IMG/VR virus record: IMGVR_UViG_3300020434_000055
Reading direction: 5' to 3' (one strand)
Length of the DNA stretch: 64,000 bases
DNA from: a virus
Lineage: Duplodnaviria > Caudoviricetes
Shown: piece after piece, positions 49,731 to 59,581 of the stretch
Layout of the letters: each line of letters starts with the position of its first letter
Position numbering within the stretch: the first letter of the stretch is position 1
Made by a program: the position numbers and the translations under genes
The notes under the pieces: generated by a model
What the model was told of the DNA's origin: nothing
Seen by the model: the letters and a program-made list of their open reading frames with translations, nothing else
Database searches by the model: none

Positions 49731-52322
49731 ATGACAAAACAGATAATACAAGATGGTATAATACCTAATGACGGTCAAGGTGACAGTCTTAGAACAGGTG
49801 CACAGAAAATAAACACAAATTTTGATGAGTTATATACTGCACTAGGAAATGGTAGTGCTTTAACTTCTATTTCAGATAATTTATTTAATTCAACAGGTTC
49901 TAACAAGATTGCGTTTCACTTTGATACGCTAGGAGATTTACCAGATGCCACAACCTATCACGGAATGTTCGCCCATGTACATAGTGAAGGTACAGGTTAT
50001 ATGTCTCATGCAGGAGCCTGGGTTAAACTCGTAGATGCAAATAAATCTATTGATGCTTTAGCAGATGTTAATACAACTAACACTACACCAACAGATGGAC
50101 AAGCATTACTTTGGGATAACGCAAATAGTTATTGGAAACCAGGTGACGTACAAGCATCAGGTGGTGGAACTTTTGTTTCATTATCAGATAGTCCTTCTAC
50201 TTTTTCTGGAGCAAATAATAAATTTGTAACAGTTAATAGTGGAGCAAGTGCTATAGAATTTACAACTCCAGTTATTGATAAAATTGGAGATGTAGATACA
50301 ACTACAACACCTCCAACAGCTGGTCAAGTATTAAAATGGAATGGATCTAATTGGGTTCCGGCTCAAGATTCTACATCAGGTGGAAGTGGATCAGACGCTG
50401 ACACATTAGATGGTTTAGATAGTCCATATTTTTTAGATTATAATAATTTTACTAATAAACCAACATCTTTTGGTAAATCTTTTAACGTATCTGCCGCAAC
50501 ATATACAGCCGCGTCAGGTATAATGCAATTAACTATTGGAGCACACGATTTAGTAATTGGTGACAATATTAAAATTGCTCCATTAAGTTTAACATTTTCT
50601 TGCGACATGGATAATCATGCTACTAATACGCAATATCCAAGAGCAACTGGAAGTGCCGCACCTGGTGGAATGGATTATGTATATAATAAACCAGTTGCAA
50701 TTACGGGTGCAGATGCAACAACAATTACAATGAATGTTGGAACTGGAAATCTTAAATCTTTTACTCCAACAGCCGCAATATACACACCAGCAACAGGTGT
50801 AATGGAATTAACTATTGGTACACACAATTACATAGCTGGTAACAAAGTTAGTATTACTACAGAAAGTTTAACTTTCACTTGCGCCTTAGATGGTCATTCA
50901 TCACAAAAAGCATATCCAAGAGCAACAGGTTCAGCCGCTCCAGGTGGAGCTGACTATGCCTACGAAACACTACAAACTCTTACATCAGTAAGTGCAACAA
51001 CAATTACAATGAATGTTGGAATATCAAGTAATACATCTGCACATACATTTGTAAGTGCTTCTGCTGGTGCTATAACAAGTTCAAATATTCATACATTTAT
51101 AAGTGCTACTTCTAATTGTATAACATTTGCAAAAAGATTTACAGAGTTATCAGATGCTCCATCTAGTTTTAGTGGATATGGAGATTATTATCTTAAAGTA
51201 AACACTGGTGGAACAGCTTTAGAACTTGTAACAAAACCTGGCGGAGCAACTAATTTATCAGGACTTTCTGATATAACAACATTAGGAAATTATTACAATA
51301 CATCAAATGCAGTATATACACCTGCGACAGGAGTAATAGTATTAACTATTGGACAACACAATTTACAAGTTGGTCACAATGTAAAAATTGCTTCAAACAG
51401 TTTAACATTTACTTGTGCAATGGATAGTAATGCAACAGAACATACATATCCAAGAGGAAGTGGATCAGCATATGCAGGTGGAAAAGATCCTGCTTATACT
51501 TCAGCAAGTACAATTACGGCAATAACTGCAGATTCAATTACTGTAAATGTTGGAATATCAAGTAATACAACAACACACACATTTATAAGATCTACTGAAA
51601 ATAATATATCAGTAGTTGATCAATCTTACAGTACATCAAATGCAACATATACACCTAACACAGGACAATTGCAATTAACTATCGGAAACCATGCCATACA
51701 GGCTGGACATTCTGTTATGATTGCCGCAAATAGTTTAACATTTACCTGCGCCTTAGATAGTAATACTACACAATCAACTTATCCAAGAGCAACTGGATCA
51801 GCGGCACCAGGTGGAATGGACTATGCTTACGAAAGACCTGTATTAATTACAGCCGTAAGTGCGACAACAATTACAATGAATTGTGGTGTATCAAGTAATA
51901 CATCAGCACATACATTTGTAAGTGCTGTTGCAAATAATATAAAAGTTGCACCAACACAAGGTGATTCATTGTACTTCAATGGAGTATCATGGTTAAGAAG
52001 AAACGGACCAGTATCAAGATATGAAATAATAAATGACAGTAGCAATAACTTTACTTGGACAGGACCTGGTTTAACATCAGCAACTAATGATCCAGTAATG
52101 TATATGAACAGAGGTCATACATATTATTTGATTAATCAAGCAGGAAGTTCTCATCCTTTAGAAATAAGAACTAGTAATGGTGGTAGTGGATATACATCAG
52201 GAGTAACAGGTAGTCAATCAGGTACACAAATATTTGAAGTACCAATGGATGCACCTGCTACATTGTATTACCAATGCACAATTCATTCTGCAATGGGTAA
52301 CACAATTAACATATTGAGTTAA
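49731..52322 (+). CDS. Baseplate-anchored fibre: gp9/gp10-type N-terminus, four repeat modules, C-terminal cupredoxin-like domain (863 aa)
   Basis: NDGQGDSLRTGAQKINTNFDELY is the T4 gp9/10/12 N-terminal motif; modules at 50478-51941; C-terminal SHP...YYQCTIHSAM. Confidence 0.75.
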   Translation: MTKQIIQDGIIPNDGQGDSLRTGAQKINTNFDELYTALGNGSALTSISDNLFNSTGSNKIAFHFDTLGDLPDATTYHGMFAHVHSEGTGYMSHAGAWVKLVDANKSIDALADVNTTNTTPTDGQALLWDNANSYWKPGDVQASGGGTFVSLSDSPSTFSGANNKFVTVNSGASAIEFTTPVIDKIGDVDTTTTPPTAGQVLKWNGSNWVPAQDSTSGGSGSDADTLDGLDSPYFLDYNNFTNKPTSFGKSFNVSAATYTAASGIMQLTIGAHDLVIGDNIKIAPLSLTFSCDMDNHATNTQYPRATGSAAPGGMDYVYNKPVAITGADATTITMNVGTGNLKSFTPTAAIYTPATGVMELTIGTHNYIAGNKVSITTESLTFTCALDGHSSQKAYPRATGSAAPGGADYAYETLQTLTSVSATTITMNVGISSNTSAHTFVSASAGAITSSNIHTFISATSNCITFAKRFTELSDAPSSFSGYGDYYLKVNTGGTALELVTKPGGATNLSGLSDITTLGNYYNTSNAVYTPATGVIVLTIGQHNLQVGHNVKIASNSLTFTCAMDSNATEHTYPRGSGSAYAGGKDPAYTSASTITAITADSITVNVGISSNTTTHTFIRSTENNISVVDQSYSTSNATYTPNTGQLQLTIGNHAIQAGHSVMIAANSLTFTCALDSNTTQSTYPRATGSAAPGGMDYAYERPVLITAVSATTITMNCGVSSNTSAHTFVSAVANNIKVAPTQGDSLYFNGVSWLRRNGPVSRYEIINDSSNNFTWTGPGLTSATNDPVMYMNRGHTYYLINQAGSSHPLEIRTSNGGSGYTSGVTGSQSGTQIFEVPMDAPATLYYQCTIHSAMGNTINILS
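50478..51941 (+). repeat. Four copies of a ~105-aa coding module (one nested, two tandem)
   Basis: Consensus YTPATGxMxLTIGxH...IAxxSLTFTCxxDxxxxxxxYPRATGSAAPGGxDYxY...TTITMNVG...HTFVSA. Copy 1 is 50478-50756 plus 51081-51125 around copy 2 (50757-51080); copy 3 is 51291-51611; copy 4 is 51624-51941. Confidence 0.9.
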
Positions 52323-52328
52323 TAATTT

Positions 52329-52676
52329 ATGAGTGGTGAATTAGATATAGAACAAATAACAGAGACACTTGGTAACTCTAGATATTTTTATGGACTTAGA
52401 CGTACTAGTGAAGGTGAATTGTTTATTTCAAAAGTAGATTTACTAGAATTAAAAGATGGTGTACAAGTTAATAGACCTGGTGCAGTGTCAGATAATTTTA
52501 ATGATTTTTCTAGAGGCGTAGATTTTTTTGATGGAAGAGATGGACAACATAGAAAAAATTATAAAAATTTAGTTTATGAACAATATAAATGGGATGGCAG
52601 AAATATTTTTTATTATGTTAATACTGAAGGTGAATTAGTTTTAAGAATTAACGAACAATATACATACGAAGCATAA
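52329..52676 (+). CDS. Small fibre-associated protein (115 aa), paralog of 49252-49710
   Basis: Same RYFYGLRRT motif set as 49252-49710. Confidence 0.7.
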   Translation: MSGELDIEQITETLGNSRYFYGLRRTSEGELFISKVDLLELKDGVQVNRPGAVSDNFNDFSRGVDFFDGRDGQHRKNYKNLVYEQYKWDGRNIFYYVNTEGELVLRINEQYTYEA

Positions 52677-52711
52677 AATGGAGAAAATAAATACTTTAGG
52701 GATATAATTCG

Positions 52712-55700
52712 ATGGCAGATTTCAAAATAGATAGGATACGATTTAGATGGAGAGGTGACTGGGTAGCAGGTACTTCTTACATTAAAGATGATATCGTTAG
52801 ATATGGTGCAAAAATATTTGTCTCTATCGAAATGCATACAGCAGATGCTAACTTTTATAATGATTTAGATAATATAGTTCCAAGATGGTCACAAATGATG
52901 GATGGTCAAAGTTGGACTGGTAATTGGAAAACAAGTAATTTTTATAAAGTAGGTGAAGTAGCAAAAGTTGGAGCGGCAGTTTATAAATGTATAGAAGGTC
53001 ACTTATCAAATGCAAGTGAAGCCAATGGATTATTAGGTGATGAAAATAAATGGGTTTACTTTGCAAGAGGTGAAAAATGGACATCTTTATGGCAACCTAA
53101 TACACTTTATAACGTTGGTGAAACAATTGTTTATGGTGGATCAGTTTGGAAATGTATAACATCACATACTTCTTCAACTACAGCCGCAGGTATAGAATAT
53201 CATCAAGCCAATTGGGTTCAATATCATAGATCAGATTTTTACAGAGGTTATTGGGCACCAAATATAAGATATTATCCAGATGATATAGTAAGAAATGGTG
53301 GAGTAATTTACAGAGCTGTAACAGGACATACAAGTGCCGCAGTAGATTATTGGAACGATTTAGATAGTACAGATTATACAACAAATTCATCAAGTGGTTC
53401 TGGTGCAGTTATAAATGTTTTCAGAGTTGGCACAACTTATTATGTAAAATTTACAAATGCAGGAGTAAACTTTGCGGCGGCAGAAACTATTTCTATAGTA
53501 GGTAGTAAAATTGGTGGAGCCGATGGTACAAATGATTTATCAATCACTATTAATACAGTAAACAGTGGAGCAATAGCAACGACATCTGCAAATGGTACTG
53601 CTGTTTCAGGTAGTGCAGGTTTAGAAGCCGATCAAGCAAAATGGGAAATAGTTCTTGATGGTATTGAATATGAAGATGATTGGGCATACGGAAAAAAATA
53701 TAATAAAGGTGCTCTTGTATCTTGGAGTCCGGGAATTTGGCAAGTAACTACTAGTCACTGGTCAATAACGGATTACATGAATGAAGCTAATTTTTCATTA
53801 TGGGTTCCAGGTGCAGAATACGAAGGAACTTACTCTACTACACAATATTATCAAAAAGGTGACGTTGTACATTATGGTGGTTATAGTTATGTTGCTTTAG
53901 TAAGCAATACAAATATTATTCCAGGGGTTACAGATAGTACAAATACTTGGGAATTAATTCAAACAGGTTATAATTTTAGAAGCGAATGGAATAGTTCAAC
54001 TGCATATAAAACAGGAGATGTAGTTAGAGCAGGTGGTAACTTATTCATAGCAGTACAAGATAGTACTGGAGCAGATCCTGATACAACTTTTATCTATGAT
54101 CCAGGTAGTGATGCTCCTGATCCTTGGCAATTATTAGTAACTGGTAAAGCATTTAAAGGTTCTTGGAAAGAAAGTGATTCCAACGGAGCAATTACTTACT
54201 TTGTAGGTGATGTAGTTACAGTAGCAGGAACAGTATACGCTTGTATTAAAACACATGAGTCATCATCATCTGATTCTAAACCAACTTTAGATGAAGAAAG
54301 TGAAAATGTCGGTCCTTATTGGGTAATGATAGCCAAAGGTAATGAACCAGGCGCTTTAGTACTTGAACAAATAGGTGACGTAAAAAGTTTTGATACAGAA
54401 AAAACAAGAATAGGTTTAGGAACAGTAGGACAATTATTTAAAGGCAATGCAACTGGTGATTATCCAATATGGGGTGATCATGATGTAATAAAAAATGTAT
54501 TTTTTGTTTCACCTTATGGAACAGACACTCCTACTAGTGGTAAAAGTGTTGCAGGACCTTTTAAAACAATCAAATATGCTTGTGATTTTGTAGCGGCAGA
54601 TTTAGCCGAACGAACACCATGTACTATAGCAATTAAAACTGGTGTATATGAAGAAATATTACCTATTACGGTCCCAAGAGATACACACATTTGGGGAGAT
54701 TTTACAAGACGTGGTGTGAACGTTAGACCTAAAGCAGGTTATACAACAACAGATATGTGGCGTGTAAACAATGCCTGTGGTATTGCAAATATGACAATGC
54801 AAGGAAAAACAGGTGGATTAACTGCCGCAAATGAATATGGAACAAAAAGAACAACAGGTGGAGCATATGTAACTTTAGATCCAGGTAGTGGACCTGCAGA
54901 TACAAGTGTTCATATTTTAACAAAATCACCTTACATTAAAAACTGTTCAATATTTGGAACAGGATGTACTGGATTAAAAGTAGACGGAGACTTACACGAT
55001 GGTGGTCTCAAATCTTTTGTTGCTAATGATACTACACACTTTATTGAAAATGGAATTGGCGCTCATGTTAATGGAGATGCTAGAGTAGAATTTGTTTCAG
55101 TATTTGCCTATTACGCCCACATAGGATATTTGGCAACAGGCGGTGGAAAATTTAGAGCAACAAATGGAAATTCATCTTATGGTGATTTTGGTTGTGTTGC
55201 AGAAGGACAGTTAGCGGCAGAAACTCCAACAACTGGAAAAATTAATAACCAATCACAAGAAGCACAGGTAGATGCAGTTTATAATGATGAAAATGAAATA
55301 TTTGCTTTTGCATATGATCACGCAGGACAAAATTATTCATCAGCAACAATTAATATTTTCGGTTCAGGAGAAGGAGCCGCGGCAACATTAGGTTACGATC
55401 AAATTAGAAATGGTGGAGTAGGTAAAGTAAGAATTAAAGGATTAGGTGATTCATCTACAGCTGGTGGTTCAAATTATACTAGTGAAATAGCACCTTCACA
55501 AGGTGGTGATGCAACATCAATTAAATTAGCACAACAATACGAAGGTACGCCAGCCGAAACTGTAGGACAAAGAATTTATATATGGGAAGGTACAGGTAGA
55601 GGTCAGTATGGATATGTTCATACTTACGACTCAGGTACAAAAGTTGCAACTATTAAAAGAGAATTTGATGATACAGATGGTTGGCAACACGTGATGGGTG

Positions 55701-58700
55701 GTTTCCCTATTGAAACTTTACTTAATGCATCTACAAAATATTCTATAGAACCTAGAATTACATTTACAGATGGACCTTATAATAAATCTACTCCTTCTTT
55801 TGGAACTACAGGAGAAATGTTAGTATCTGCATCAGGAAGAGTTGGAGCATCTGATGTTACAGTATTACTTGGTAATGGTAAAGGAAATAGAACAACAGAT
55901 GGTTCAAACTGGACTGCTGTTAGTGGAGTTCCTTTAGCTGACTGGATCGGAATGACTAGAACAGAAAATTATTTTATAGCAGTAGCACAAGATGGAACAA
56001 CTGCTAGATCCGCCGACGGTGCAACATGGACTAATATCACAACAAGTCAATATAGTACAACAGGAGGAACATATACACCATCTACAGGAGAATTAGTATT
56101 AGAAATTGGAGCACATGAAGTAGGTCAGACTTATAGTACAACAAGTGCAACATATACACCAGCAACAGGTGTAATGGAATTAGGTATAGAAAAACATACT
56201 CCTGGAGCACAATTTACTCCATCAGCCGCAACATACACTCCGGCAACAGGAGTATTAGAATTAACTATAGGATCACATAGTTTAGTAGCAGGTAATAAAG
56301 TTAAAATTGCTCCAAATAGTTTAACATTTACTTGCGCCTTAGACAGTCACGCTACTGAAAAAACATATCCAAGAGCAACTGGAAGTGCCGCACCAGGCGG
56401 AGTAGATTATTTCTACGAAAAAGCAATAACTCTTACGTCAGTAGGTGCAACAACAATTACAATGAACGTTGGTGATACTAGTATATCAGGCAATAACTCA
56501 ACACACACATTTGTAAGTGCTACTTCTAATTCTGTAACAGAACAAGTTATTGGAGCACACAATTTACATATTGGTAATGAAGTTAAGATTGCACCAACAA
56601 GTTTATCTTTTACTTGTTCTTTTGATGATCATACTGCTCAAACAGCCTATCCAAGAGCAACTGGATCTGACGCACCGGGTGGTTACGATTATTATTATTA
56701 TAGCCCAGTAGAAATTACAGCCACAACAGCATCAACAATTACAATGAATGTTGGTAAAGGAAATATTAAAAATTATACTGTAACAGACGCGGCTTATACA
56801 CCAGCAACAGGAGTAGTAATATTAACTATTGGTGATCATAATTTAGTAGCTGGTAATCATATTGACATTGCTCCATTAAGTTTAACATTTACTTGTGCCC
56901 AAGATAGTCATGCAACAGAACATAGCTATCCAAGAGCAACAGGTTCAGCCGCTCCAGGTGGTTATGATTATTTTTATAATAAACAAATAGAAATTATTTC
57001 AGCAGGTGCAACAACAATTACTGTAAATGTTGGAATATCAAGTAATACAACAGCACATACATTTATAAGTGCTCTTGCTGACGGTGTATCAAATTCAAAT
57101 ACACATACATTTGTAACTGCTCTTGCAAATAATATAACATTAGCAGGTCAATTTGTTATGATTGCTCCAAACAGTTTAGGTTTTACTTGTTCTTTTGATA
57201 ATAATGTATCAACTCATACATATCCAAGAGCAACAGGATCAGCGGCGCCAGGTGGAATGGATTATTTTTACGATACACCAGTTGAAATTCAAAGCAGAAC
57301 AGCAACAACAATTACAATGAATGTTGGAAAAGGAAATATTAAAAGTTACACTCCAACAGCCGCAGTATATACACCTGCATCAGGAGTAATGGTATTAACC
57401 ATTGGAGCACATAGTTTAATAGCTGGTAATTATGTTGATATTGCTACAGACAGTTTAACATTTACTTGCGATCAAGATAGTCATGGTAGTAATCATACAT
57501 ATCCAAGAGCAACTGGAAGTGCCGCACCTGGTGGTTATGATTATTATTACGAAAAACCAATAAGAGTTGAGTCAGTAGGTGCAACAACAATTACTCTAAA
57601 TGTTGGTATATCAAGTAATACAACAGATCACTTATTTGTAAGTGCGACTGCTGATTGTGTAACAAATTCAAATGCACACACATATGTAAGTGCTACTGCG
57701 AATAATGTATCTTATTATTCTGTTCCTGTTGATGTAATGTCAGGTATTGCATATCGTAATGGAACTGTAATAATTGCATCAGAAACAGGAATGGTTTATA
57801 AATCAACTGATGACGGTTCTAGTTTCTCAGCTGATCAATTAGAAGTTTATGATGGTTCAACATCGATATTCACATATATTGCCGCTGGAAATGGATTATG
57901 GATAGCAGGTAATGGAACTGGAAAAACTTATGAAAGTCAAGATGAAGGAACAACTTGGTCATTAGGTTCTAATATTGGAGACAAATTAATGGATATTAAC
58001 GGTGTTCTTAAATCTGTTCACAGATATGATGTAACATCATTAATATTTGGTGGTGGTAAATTTGTAGCAACAGTAATAGACGCTCCAGGAGATGAAAGTA
58101 CAGTTATTAGTAAATTTATGATATCAAATGCTACAGGACAAGTTGGAGCTTCTGAACAAACAGCTACAAGATGGACAGAAAGTGAAACACCTCCACACGC
58201 AGGACCTTACATTGGAGTTGCATATACTGAAGGTACATATGTTGCAATATCGGCCGGTGGAGATCTTGCTTACAGTTATGACGCTTGGTCTTGGAAAATA
58301 TTAGATTCTGCATTAACAGGAACGTTTTCAAGTATAGGTAGTGGTAAAGCTGGCGGTGGACATTTTGTTCCTTTACAAACTGGTAGTACCGGTACAACAT
58401 ATTTGTTAAGAAAAGGTTCAAGACCTTTAGCAAGAGCAATTACAAGTTCTCAAGTAATTACAAAATTACAAATTTTATCTCCAGGTAGTGGATATTCAAC
58501 TGCACCAGCAGTTACAATAACTGACAATAAAGCTACAACTGATGCAAGTCTTGAAGCAAGAATATTTGATGGAGTATTAGGTCAACCAGAATTTTCAAAT
58601 AGAGGTTCAGGATTTATGAATGTATCTGCAACATTAACAGGAGATGGTTTTGCAGATGAATATCAAATTGGTCCTTATCTTCAAGTAAAAGATATGAACG

Positions 58701-59533
58701 GAAAACCAGGACCAGGTGCAATTTTATATATAAATGGACTTGAAGATCAAGTTTATAGAATAACTCAGGTTAATAATGTAACAGGAAATTCTCCTAACAT
58801 TGCCGCTCAGTTTAGAATAACACCTAGACTAAATGCAAATGAATCTCCTGATCATGAAACAACAATAGAAATAAGAGAAAGATACAGTCAAGTTAGAATA
58901 ACTGGTCATGATTTCTTAGATATTGGAACAGGTAATAAATCTACAACTAATTATCCAGGTTTATACACTAGTGGTTATACACCAGGTTATGAACGTAAAC
59001 AACAAAATGAAACTGTATCAAATGGAGGAGGTAGAGTATTTTATACTTCTACTGACCAAGATGGAAATTATAGAGTTGGAGAATTATTTGAAGTAGAACA
59101 ATCTACAGGAATAGTAACATTAAACGCAGATTTATTTGACTTATCAGGTTTAACAGAAATTACCTTAGGTGCAGGTGGAGTTGGTGGTACTGATGTTAAA
59201 ATTAATGAATTTAGTACAGATCCAACGTTGAAGAAAAATTCAAATAGTGTGATACCTACACAAAAAGCAATTGCTACATTCGTTGGCTCTAGAGTTTCTG
59301 GAGGAGGTGCAAATCTTATTACTAATGAAGTTAGAGCAGGACAAATAAAATTTGCTAATGATCAAATATTTAATGAAGCATTTCCGGCGGCTGGACAAGT
59401 TGTATTTGCCGCTACAGTAAATATTTCAAATGTTTCTGGGCCTATGTTAGCACAATCATACTTTTTTGGCTCTAATGTTAGAGATAGCTGGGATGAAGGT
59501 GGAGTAGAACGGGACACATTGTATGGAAATTAA
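52712..59533 (+). CDS. Very large tail fibre/appendage protein (2273 aa)
   Basis: N-terminal W...Y..GD.V.YGG..Y.C...H.S repeats (CBM5/12-like), beta-helix region, BNR/Asp-box-like propeller (SADGATW, STDDGSSF, SQDEGTTW) interrupted by five nested modules, and PGSGY..AP repeats. Confidence 0.8.
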   Translation: MADFKIDRIRFRWRGDWVAGTSYIKDDIVRYGAKIFVSIEMHTADANFYNDLDNIVPRWSQMMDGQSWTGNWKTSNFYKVGEVAKVGAAVYKCIEGHLSNASEANGLLGDENKWVYFARGEKWTSLWQPNTLYNVGETIVYGGSVWKCITSHTSSTTAAGIEYHQANWVQYHRSDFYRGYWAPNIRYYPDDIVRNGGVIYRAVTGHTSAAVDYWNDLDSTDYTTNSSSGSGAVINVFRVGTTYYVKFTNAGVNFAAAETISIVGSKIGGADGTNDLSITINTVNSGAIATTSANGTAVSGSAGLEADQAKWEIVLDGIEYEDDWAYGKKYNKGALVSWSPGIWQVTTSHWSITDYMNEANFSLWVPGAEYEGTYSTTQYYQKGDVVHYGGYSYVALVSNTNIIPGVTDSTNTWELIQTGYNFRSEWNSSTAYKTGDVVRAGGNLFIAVQDSTGADPDTTFIYDPGSDAPDPWQLLVTGKAFKGSWKESDSNGAITYFVGDVVTVAGTVYACIKTHESSSSDSKPTLDEESENVGPYWVMIAKGNEPGALVLEQIGDVKSFDTEKTRIGLGTVGQLFKGNATGDYPIWGDHDVIKNVFFVSPYGTDTPTSGKSVAGPFKTIKYACDFVAADLAERTPCTIAIKTGVYEEILPITVPRDTHIWGDFTRRGVNVRPKAGYTTTDMWRVNNACGIANMTMQGKTGGLTAANEYGTKRTTGGAYVTLDPGSGPADTSVHILTKSPYIKNCSIFGTGCTGLKVDGDLHDGGLKSFVANDTTHFIENGIGAHVNGDARVEFVSVFAYYAHIGYLATGGGKFRATNGNSSYGDFGCVAEGQLAAETPTTGKINNQSQEAQVDAVYNDENEIFAFAYDHAGQNYSSATINIFGSGEGAAATLGYDQIRNGGVGKVRIKGLGDSSTAGGSNYTSEIAPSQGGDATSIKLAQQYEGTPAETVGQRIYIWEGTGRGQYGYVHTYDSGTKVATIKREFDDTDGWQHVMGGFPIETLLNASTKYSIEPRITFTDGPYNKSTPSFGTTGEMLVSASGRVGASDVTVLLGNGKGNRTTDGSNWTAVSGVPLADWIGMTRTENYFIAVAQDGTTARSADGATWTNITTSQYSTTGGTYTPSTGELVLEIGAHEVGQTYSTTSATYTPATGVMELGIEKHTPGAQFTPSAATYTPATGVLELTIGSHSLVAGNKVKIAPNSLTFTCALDSHATEKTYPRATGSAAPGGVDYFYEKAITLTSVGATTITMNVGDTSISGNNSTHTFVSATSNSVTEQVIGAHNLHIGNEVKIAPTSLSFTCSFDDHTAQTAYPRATGSDAPGGYDYYYYSPVEITATTASTITMNVGKGNIKNYTVTDAAYTPATGVVILTIGDHNLVAGNHIDIAPLSLTFTCAQDSHATEHSYPRATGSAAPGGYDYFYNKQIEIISAGATTITVNVGISSNTTAHTFISALADGVSNSNTHTFVTALANNITLAGQFVMIAPNSLGFTCSFDNNVSTHTYPRATGSAAPGGMDYFYDTPVEIQSRTATTITMNVGKGNIKSYTPTAAVYTPASGVMVLTIGAHSLIAGNYVDIATDSLTFTCDQDSHGSNHTYPRATGSAAPGGYDYYYEKPIRVESVGATTITLNVGISSNTTDHLFVSATADCVTNSNAHTYVSATANNVSYYSVPVDVMSGIAYRNGTVIIASETGMVYKSTDDGSSFSADQLEVYDGSTSIFTYIAAGNGLWIAGNGTGKTYESQDEGTTWSLGSNIGDKLMDINGVLKSVHRYDVTSLIFGGGKFVATVIDAPGDESTVISKFMISNATGQVGASEQTATRWTESETPPHAGPYIGVAYTEGTYVAISAGGDLAYSYDAWSWKILDSALTGTFSSIGSGKAGGGHFVPLQTGSTGTTYLLRKGSRPLARAITSSQVITKLQILSPGSGYSTAPAVTITDNKATTDASLEARIFDGVLGQPEFSNRGSGFMNVSATLTGDGFADEYQIGPYLQVKDMNGKPGPGAILYINGLEDQVYRITQVNNVTGNSPNIAAQFRITPRLNANESPDHETTIEIRERYSQVRITGHDFLDIGTGNKSTTNYPGLYTSGYTPGYERKQQNETVSNGGGRVFYTSTDQDGNYRVGELFEVEQSTGIVTLNADLFDLSGLTEITLGAGGVGGTDVKINEFSTDPTLKKNSNSVIPTQKAIATFVGSRVSGGGANLITNEVRAGQIKFANDQIFNEAFPAAGQVVFAATVNISNVSGPMLAQSYFFGSNVRDSWDEGGVERDTLYGN
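56048..57712 (+). repeat. Five recursively nested copies of the coding module
   Basis: A[56048-56128 B[56129-56209 C(56210-56539) 56540-56770 D(56771-57091) 57092-57139] 57140-57343 E(57344-57664) 57665-57712]. Confidence 0.88.
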
Positions 59534-59581
59534 AGATTTAACGGTAATGATAAATAATATACAACAAAGGATTATATAAAA

